This document shows, piece by piece, positions 14,682 to 20,000 of a DNA stretch of 20,000 nt. Each line of letters starts with the position of its first letter. The first letter of the stretch is position 1. The stretch lies in the IMG/VR virus record IMGVR_UViG_3300038315_001276; one strand, written 5' to 3'. The notes below the pieces were generated by a model that did no database searches, was not told the origin of the DNA, and was given only the letters and a program-made list of their open reading frames with translations. Source of the stretch: an uncultured virus (IMG/VR IMGVR_UViG_3300038315_001276). Taxonomy: Duplodnaviria > Heunggongvirae > Uroviricota > Caudoviricetes. The translations under genes were made by a program, and so were the position numbers.

Positions 14682-14872
14682 AATCCAACATTGTCGACAT
14701 CGACGTAGAGGTGTCTCACCGAACTGAAAAAGCCGTCTTGGTCCATACGGGGATCAAGGAAGACGCGGTTTGGCTTCCACTTTCTCAAATTGAAATCGAG
14801 CCATCAGGGGTTGCAGGGATCGAAACGATCAGCCTGCCCGAAAATTTGGCCGCTGAAAAAGGACTTATCTAA
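14678..14872 (+). CDS. Small conserved phage protein (64 aa)
   Basis: TEKAVLV...VWLPLSQIE...LAAEKGL pattern; overlaps both neighbours. Confidence 0.8.
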   Translation: MKSNIVDIDVEVSHRTEKAVLVHTGIKEDAVWLPLSQIEIEPSGVAGIETISLPENLAAEKGLI

Positions 14873-15873
14873 TGAACGATACCACCAACAGACAATCCGC
14901 CGACCTGATCCTGCGCGAAAAGCGCCGGCAGGAGCTGGGGGAAACCACGTTCAATACCGGCGCACAAGGCGGCGCGCTCATGCAGCCGCGTAACGGCAAA
15001 GAGCTGATGGACATGGCGAACATGATGGCCGGTTGCGGCACGATGGTTCGTGACTTCTACCGCGGCAGCCCGGGCGATTGCGCGGCCCTGATCATGATCT
15101 GCCAGCCCTACGGCTTTAACCCATATCAGGTCAGCTGGAAGACGTACAAGGCCAGCAAGAGCGCTGATGCCCCCGTGTCGTTCGAAGGCCAGCTGGTGAA
15201 CGCCATGCTGAACATGAGCGCCCCTGTGAAGGGTCGGTTGAAGTATCGCTACGAGAACGAGGGCACGGAAAACCTGACCTGCACCGTGACGGGCATCGAT
15301 AAGGAGACGGGTGAAGAGATCATCTACACCTCCCCGCCCGTCAAGCAGATCCCCGTCAAGAACAGCCCGCTCTGGAAAGGCGACCCGCAGCAGCAGCTTG
15401 GGTATTACAGCGCCCGCGCATGGGCCCGCCGTCACTTCCCCGAGCTTCTGTTGGGCGTCTACACCCGCGAAGAGATCGAGGAAGCGCCTTCCGTTCGGGA
15501 CGTCACCCCACCGCAAGCGACGGGTGGTTGGGCGCAGCAGGCGCGTGAGGCCCGCGGCGAGGTCGTACAGGAGCCCGAGCGGGACGAGCCAGCTGATGAC
15601 ACCGCCCACAGCACCGACGACATCGAGGACGCCCAGATGGCGGATGACGTTGACCCTGACGAAGACGTCGGCGGGTTCGAGGATGAAGGCGGCACCCACT
15701 GGACGGCAGACGTCGACCCCGACGAAGGCAACCCCGGCAGCCAAGCGTGGGACGCTGGCATTGAGGCGTTCAAGCAGGGCGCACCGATCACAGACTGCCC
15801 GCATGAGGACAACATGGAAGACGCCCAAGATTGGCTTGGCGGATACGCAGGCGCGCGGAGGGCAGCAGAATGA
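14872..15873 (+). CDS. recT: RecT-family ssDNA annealing protein with acidic linker and Rmf/CrpP-like tail
   Basis: GSPGDC, FNPYQVSWKTY, FEGQLVNA, NSPLWKGDPQQQLGYYSARAWARRHFPELLLGVYTREE; tail AWDAGIEAFKQG...CPH...WLGGY. Confidence 0.85.
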   Translation: MNDTTNRQSADLILREKRRQELGETTFNTGAQGGALMQPRNGKELMDMANMMAGCGTMVRDFYRGSPGDCAALIMICQPYGFNPYQVSWKTYKASKSADAPVSFEGQLVNAMLNMSAPVKGRLKYRYENEGTENLTCTVTGIDKETGEEIIYTSPPVKQIPVKNSPLWKGDPQQQLGYYSARAWARRHFPELLLGVYTREEIEEAPSVRDVTPPQATGGWAQQAREARGEVVQEPERDEPADDTAHSTDDIEDAQMADDVDPDEDVGGFEDEGGTHWTADVDPDEGNPGSQAWDAGIEAFKQGAPITDCPHEDNMEDAQDWLGGYAGARRAAE

Positions 15874-16112
15874 AAAAGCCGGTAAATCTTATGTTTGTCA
15901 GCGAAGTACACAAGGAACCTGACGGGGTAAACTTGGGGCTCAAGGCGGTTGGTGACCCGTCGTCTTGCGTCAACATCATAATCCATGCCCCGGCTCACAT
16001 CGCTAACAGCCTAGTTGGCTTGCAAGTGTTTGTTGAGGGCGGCTGGGGCGACATCTGCCGCATCGTCGGTTGGCCCACCCCTCCATGCATCACGGAAGGA
16101 TCACCGTCATGA
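15870..16112 (+). CDS. Hypothetical protein (80 aa)
   Basis: Start re-called to 15870 (ATGA overlap, GGAGG upstream). Confidence 0.6.
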   Translation: MKKPVNLMFVSEVHKEPDGVNLGLKAVGDPSSCVNIIIHAPAHIANSLVGLQVFVEGGWGDICRIVGWPTPPCITEGSPS

Positions 16113-16279
16113 CAACCGAGACGCTGACCGTATTATCGATTGCCGGATATGTGGGGGCTGTGGTGTTTGCCGCAGACCTTCGCACCCCCGCCGCCATCGA
16201 TCCCGTTCAAGCCAAGGCATTCGCGCTGATCTGTTTCTGCGTCGGCGCGATCCTTCAAATTACGGTGGTGGTCCAATGA
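16109..16279 (+). CDS. Small two-helix membrane protein (56 aa)
   Basis: ATGA overlaps on both sides; hydrophobic segments LTVLSIAGYVGAVVFAA and AFALICFCVGAILQITVVV. Confidence 0.65.
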   Translation: MTTETLTVLSIAGYVGAVVFAADLRTPAAIDPVQAKAFALICFCVGAILQITVVVQ

Positions 16280-16533
16280 CTATCAAAACTGTCGACACCT
16301 ACGACACCGAAGGGCTTTTCGTCACGATCGTTGAGGGCAAGAACCAAGCCCCGATGATCCTTGAGACGGAAGGCAATTTTTCCAGCTTCGACCAGGCCCA
16401 AGAGCGGATCAAGAGAGGGCACTGGCTACGCGCCTGTGTGTGCCGAGTGGTCCCTGTATCCGGCAACGAGCTCTTGGCGCTGGATATGTTGCGCATGCAG
16501 CCCCTGCGCGAACAAGAGGAGGAACTGTTTTGA
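16276..16533 (+). CDS. Hypothetical protein (85 aa)
   Basis: Start re-called to 16276 (MTIKTVDTYD), ATGA overlap. Confidence 0.65.
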   Translation: MTIKTVDTYDTEGLFVTIVEGKNQAPMILETEGNFSSFDQAQERIKRGHWLRACVCRVVPVSGNELLALDMLRMQPLREQEEELF

Positions 16534-16859
16534 CCTATTTCACACAGAAGGAAGCCAAGCAGACCAAGTGCCCTGTCGCGCGCACCTTTGACGATGGGAA
16601 GAGCGCGACATGCGACGGCGATAAATGCCTGTTGTGGCGCTGGCGCGATCTGCCCGCAAACGATCACCGGGTGCTTGGGGCCTACGCCCGCGTCCAGCAG
16701 GATCTGCTTGCGGCCGAGCGCGAGAAGAACCCCGACACCAAGAAAACGGCCAACAGCTTCCACAAGGATGCCGTCGCCACCGTAGCAGCTGCGCCGTGGG
16801 ATTTCATTTTCATGGTCGACGATGACCGCGGGTTCTGTGGTCTGGGGGGCAAGCCATGA
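16530..16859 (+). CDS. Cys-containing phage hypothetical protein
   Basis: TTG start at 16530 after GAGGAGG; KCP...CDGDKCLLWRW...GFCGLGGKP, possible Zn site. Confidence 0.75.
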   Translation: MTYFTQKEAKQTKCPVARTFDDGKSATCDGDKCLLWRWRDLPANDHRVLGAYARVQQDLLAAEREKNPDTKKTANSFHKDAVATVAAAPWDFIFMVDDDRGFCGLGGKP

Positions 16860-17461
16860 TCAAGCCAGACATCACGCCCGAGGCGATAGACCGCTTGATC
16901 GAGAGCATCAAGGTCAGCGCCGTCGATAACTATCTTGATGCGATTGCGGCCCTGCGCGCCCAAGCCGCCCGAATTGCTGAGTTGGAGGCGATGGCCCAGC
17001 AATACCTTACGGATGTTGATGATCGTCACGACGCAATCGCCAGCGCCCGCAATGACGCGATGCGTCAATTTGCTGTTCTAGTTAGGGCGGAATGGGAGCT
17101 CCAAGGGCTTGAGAAAATGAACCAATTTCTGCGTGAAGTCGCAGAAGGAGGGGTAACCACTACACAAGTAGGCATCATGAACCCGCAGGTTCTCCCCAAT
17201 ACCCTGTCCGAGGCACAGCGCGAGATCACACGCCTGCGCAAGGAACTGGACGCGGCTCAAAAGCTCGCCATGTTCGACGGCCAAGATTTAGTCGCGGTCT
17301 ATGTCGCGGGCCGGTCCAACGCCCTCGATGAAGCCGCGAACACTGCGGATCAGCACTATGCACAAGGTGATACCGGAAACCCCGGCCACCATATTCGCGC
17401 CCTGAAAAAGGAGAGCAGTCATGTCACGCCATGCCTCGCTAACCGACAAGCAAACGCTTGA
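16856..17461 (+). CDS. Hypothetical coiled-coil protein (Ead/Ea22-like mosaic)
   Basis: ALRAQAARIAELEA, ARNDA, NALDEAA...IRALK motifs typical of lambdoid exo-xis region genes. Confidence 0.7.
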   Translation: MIKPDITPEAIDRLIESIKVSAVDNYLDAIAALRAQAARIAELEAMAQQYLTDVDDRHDAIASARNDAMRQFAVLVRAEWELQGLEKMNQFLREVAEGGVTTTQVGIMNPQVLPNTLSEAQREITRLRKELDAAQKLAMFDGQDLVAVYVAGRSNALDEAANTADQHYAQGDTGNPGHHIRALKKESSHVTPCLANRQANA

Positions 17462-17636
17462 AGCGCTGGACCTGCGCGACAACGAAGGCTGGACGATGAC
17501 GCAGATCGGCACGCGCTTCGGCAAGTCCAAGAGCGCGATCATCGGTTTGCTCAGCCGGATCAATAAGGACACCGACAAGAGCGATCCAGACAATATTCAA
17601 AACGGCACTATGCCCAGAAAATGGTGGAAGAAATGA
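17421..17636 (+). CDS. GcrA-like HTH protein (71 aa)
   Basis: RBS AAGGAG; EGWTMTQIGTRFGKSKSAIIGLLSRI resembles the GcrA N-terminal HTH pattern (G.SA.QIA..LG.TRNAVIGK.HRL). Confidence 0.7.
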   Translation: MSRHASLTDKQTLEALDLRDNEGWTMTQIGTRFGKSKSAIIGLLSRINKDTDKSDPDNIQNGTMPRKWWKK

Positions 17637-18019
17637 GCTATTACAATCCGCACCTCATGACCAAGGTGGTTTCGTCTCACATCATGAAGGCCGCAAACGG
17701 CAAGCCCTGCACCCTGCGCATTGCCAGCTTCTATCCTGGGCACACATGCAGCAGCGATGACACGACCGTTGGATGCCACCTGTCAGCTGGTGGCAAGGGA
17801 ACCTCCACAAAGGAAACCGTCCTCGCAGTGAGCTTCGGGTGCAAAGCCTGTCACGACATTCTCGATGGCCGAGATTGGAAGCGCACCGAATACATCAAAG
17901 AGAAATACCCTATGGCCTTCATGGAACGGGTGCTGTCGTCCCTTATCGAAACGCAAGCGATGCTTGTCGATGACGGTCTGATCGTCGTTCCAGGCGCGAA
18001 GATCCTGCGAAGCTATTGA
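17633..18019 (+). CDS. DUF1364/YbcO-like His-Cys putative nuclease
   Basis: AANGKPCTLRI...C...TTVGCHL...GKG...K...FGCKACHDILDG; start re-called to 17633. Confidence 0.8.
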   Translation: MSYYNPHLMTKVVSSHIMKAANGKPCTLRIASFYPGHTCSSDDTTVGCHLSAGGKGTSTKETVLAVSFGCKACHDILDGRDWKRTEYIKEKYPMAFMERVLSSLIETQAMLVDDGLIVVPGAKILRSY

Positions 18020-18020
18020 T

Positions 18021-18260
18021 ATGGCCGAAAGTCTCTACATCAAAGAGGCCGAGGTTGCCCGCCTGCTACGGCACGACATCACCTGGTTGAAGAAGAACGC
18101 GACCTGTTTGGAGAGCCAGTACGGCTTTCCGACAGTTGACCCCGCCATCGGCCACCGCCATCGTGGAGCGATCGAGGCTTGGGCGCAGGAGCGCAACATG
18201 CGATCGACTACCAAACCCAAGTTGTCCGAAACCAACCGGGAGAATTACGATGAATTTTAA
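18021..18260 (+). CDS. Putative excisionase/recombination directionality factor
   Basis: Small winged-HTH-like protein (YIKEAEVARLL...GFP...AIEAW) immediately upstream of the integrase. Confidence 0.7.
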   Translation: MAESLYIKEAEVARLLRHDITWLKKNATCLESQYGFPTVDPAIGHRHRGAIEAWAQERNMRSTTKPKLSETNRENYDEF

Positions 18261-19455
18261 ACAAAGCCTATGGGACGATAGCGACCCGCTATACGCCCCA
18301 TGTATGAAGAAGATCCGCAACGGATACTTCTGGGTTCCCCCCAAGAAATACCGCGATCAAGGCTATGGGATCAAAACCTATAAGCTGGAAGGCACAGTGG
18401 GCGACGGCGAGGATATGGCCCGCGCCCGCCACGCCCGCGCCCTCACGCGCGAGATGGTGAACTGGTACGAGGGGGTGACCGAGGGCAAGCAGCCGGGCAC
18501 ATGGGCTTGGCTGATTGCACGCTACCTGAACGACGAAGACAGCGACATCTGGGAGGTGCGTTCCAACACGCGCAAGCAGTACAAGGAAGTCACCTACATG
18601 ATCGAGCGGGCCATCGGCTCTGTCTTTCTGGCAGAAACCGACTTCACCCGTATGCGGGCTTGGCAGCGCGTCATGCGCGAGAAGGGCCGCAGCGCCAGCT
18701 ACATCAAGCGCTGGTACAATCACCTGAGCATGATCCTGTCATACGGAATCAAGATCGGTGACGCAGAAACCCGCGATGACTGCCTGCGCATCAAGGCGAT
18801 CCGCGGGGAAATGCGCATCAAGGGCGGTGCACGCCGTCAGGTCTTTATCACCCGCCAGGATGTGGATGTCGTCGTGGCCGAGGCCGACCGTCGCGGCTGG
18901 GGCCACCTATCCCTGTCCCTGCTGCTGCGCTTCGAGCTCATGCTGCGCGGTGTCGATGTCTACGGCCAATGGGTTCCTGCAGAGAACAACGAGGGCGGCA
19001 TTCGTCACCACGGGGCGATCTGGGTGGACGGCATGACATGGGACATGGTTGCGCCTGACGTCAGCCAGATCACCAAGCAGATCAGCAAGACGCGGGACAG
19101 CATGCCAGAGCCCTACACTTTCGACCTGACCCACCTGCCCGACCTGCGCCGGCGGATCATGGCGATCCCGATGGACAAGCGCACCGGCCCGCTGATCGTG
19201 GACCAATCCGGCCTACCGCCAAAGCAAGGCATGGTGTCGAAGCGGTTCAAGATCATCACCCGCCATCTCGGTCTGGACGAGGCCCTGCAGATCCGTGACG
19301 GCCGCGCCGGGGGCATCACTGAGGCAAAGGCTATGGTTGACCCCTACACGCTGCAGCACGCCGCCCAACACCAGAATCAGAACACGACAGATCGGTATGC
19401 TCGGGATCGGTCAGGCTCTGCCAACAAGGTCATCGAGATGCGGGCAAAGCGATGA
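18250..19455 (+). CDS. int: Tyrosine recombinase/phage integrase
   Basis: Catalytic residues: LMLRGVDV (R), ISKT (K), IRDGRAGG (xxxR box), AQHQNQNTTDRY (H, Y); N-terminal arm-binding-like region and PGTWAWLIARY; start re-called to 18250 (GGGAGA RBS). Confidence 0.9.
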   Translation: MNFKQSLWDDSDPLYAPCMKKIRNGYFWVPPKKYRDQGYGIKTYKLEGTVGDGEDMARARHARALTREMVNWYEGVTEGKQPGTWAWLIARYLNDEDSDIWEVRSNTRKQYKEVTYMIERAIGSVFLAETDFTRMRAWQRVMREKGRSASYIKRWYNHLSMILSYGIKIGDAETRDDCLRIKAIRGEMRIKGGARRQVFITRQDVDVVVAEADRRGWGHLSLSLLLRFELMLRGVDVYGQWVPAENNEGGIRHHGAIWVDGMTWDMVAPDVSQITKQISKTRDSMPEPYTFDLTHLPDLRRRIMAIPMDKRTGPLIVDQSGLPPKQGMVSKRFKIITRHLGLDEALQIRDGRAGGITEAKAMVDPYTLQHAAQHQNQNTTDRYARDRSGSANKVIEMRAKR

Positions 19456-19847
19456 AGTTGGGAAGCTATCAGGATGTTGCGAATGCTGTCTATTCAGGAA
19501 GGCGTGTAGTCACTCAGGCCGTCAATCACAGACACAGGATAGAATTAGGACGAGAGGTAATGATGTCCACGCATAACGGCTGGGAGAAACATCCATCAAA
19601 TGAAGGGATTTTGCGTTCAGGACGCGGGTTTCTTCATATCGTTTGTGATCTCAATGATGTGCGAGGCATGGAGTACGACGACTCGTTCGCCGTTGTAGAT
19701 CCGGAAATACTTAGCAGGGTCCGGTGTAGTAAATTTATGGTTGGCGTCGACATCTCAGATGGGGTCGAAACTCATATCGAAATCGTTGTGAAAGACGGCG
19801 TGATCCATGTGGTTGATTCTTACGAAATCATCGACGGGAACCGATAA
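19452..19847 (+). CDS. Hypothetical protein (131 aa) between integrase and att
   Basis: ATGA overlap with the int stop; visibly more AT-rich than int. Confidence 0.6.
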   Translation: MKLGSYQDVANAVYSGRRVVTQAVNHRHRIELGREVMMSTHNGWEKHPSNEGILRSGRGFLHIVCDLNDVRGMEYDDSFAVVDPEILSRVRCSKFMVGVDISDGVETHIEIVVKDGVIHVVDSYEIIDGNR

Positions 19848-19855
19848 GGAACACC

Positions 19856-19927
19856 GTGAGTAACGCACGAGTAACAGACCACAAAGACGATTGAGACGAA
19901 GGTTACGATTTTACTTTAAAATCAAAG
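19856..19927. other. Phage arm of the attachment site (candidate Int/accessory binding sites)
   Basis: GAGTAAC direct repeat at 19858 and 19869 (11-bp period), inverted GTTAC at 19902, GATTTTA-CTT-TAAAATC palindrome 19907-19923 next to the tRNA CCA. Confidence 0.5.
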
Positions 19928-20000
19928 TGGTGCGGGTGAGAGGACTCGAACCTCCACGGGTCGCCCCGCCAGAACCTAAATCTGGTGCGTCTACCAATTC
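19928..20000 (-). tRNA. tRNA-Leu (anticodon TAG), 5' end beyond the window; likely integration target
   Basis: Minus strand GAATTGGTAGACGCA-CCAGA-TTTAGGT-TCTGG, long variable arm GGG-GCGA-CCC, GGAGG-TTCGAGT-CCTCT, CACCCGC-A-CCA. Confidence 0.97.

Larger units (their letters stand above)
1..19927. mobile_element. Temperate prophage, early half; left end lies outside the window, right boundary at the tRNA-Leu 3' end
   Basis: Lambdoid gene order: replication genes and cro on minus, repressor, recombination genes, xis and integrase on plus, ending about 470 bp from a tRNA 3' end. Many ATGA/TGATG start-stop overlaps. The 1-3846 module is assumed to belong to the element but the far att site is not visible. 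Confidence 0.9.

Noticed and set aside
14869..15828. 319-aa minus-strand ORF opposite recT, and similar antisense ORFs over dnaB and int
   Set aside because: Antisense shadows of GC-biased genes; no recognisable motifs and inconsistent with the operon direction.
19288..19310. Integrase RDGR in place of the canonical HxxR as a sign of inactivation
   Set aside because: The first His of this box is variable among active tyrosine recombinases, and the R, K, R, H and Y residues are all present in an intact frame.

Overview
The window is the early (lysogeny, replication, recombination) half of a lambdoid-type temperate prophage, most likely from an alphaproteobacterial host (inferred from a GcrA-like gene and overall gene content). 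It is integrated at the 3' end of a tRNA-Leu(TAG) that runs off the right edge. From left to right: (1) 1-3846, a divergently transcribed accessory module resembling plasmid leading-region cargo (a partial DUF6927-like ORF missed by the ORF track, a 349-aa unknown, a DUF4942-type amino-methyltransferase, a small protein ending in a QLDLF clamp-binding motif, an HTH protein). Its leaders share a hairpin with an ACCG(A/G)AAC-type loop ahead of a TGAAAGG RBS. (2) 3868-10520, a minus-strand Cro/replication operon: cro, a GIY-YIG/Cro-like fusion, a RuvC-like resolvase, an HTH initiator with internal iterons, DnaB and a PAPS-reductase/NinC-like gene, interrupted by a small plus-strand lipoprotein gene. 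(3) An immunity switch with an HTH-only repressor, four related 19-bp operators and an unannotated 56-aa ORF overlapping the repressor convergently. (4) 11112-19847, a plus-strand operon with an ExoX-like exonuclease, RecE-like and RecT-like genes, a GcrA-like HTH, a DUF1364-like nuclease, Xis and a tyrosine integrase. All family calls come from motif recognition by eye, not from database searches.
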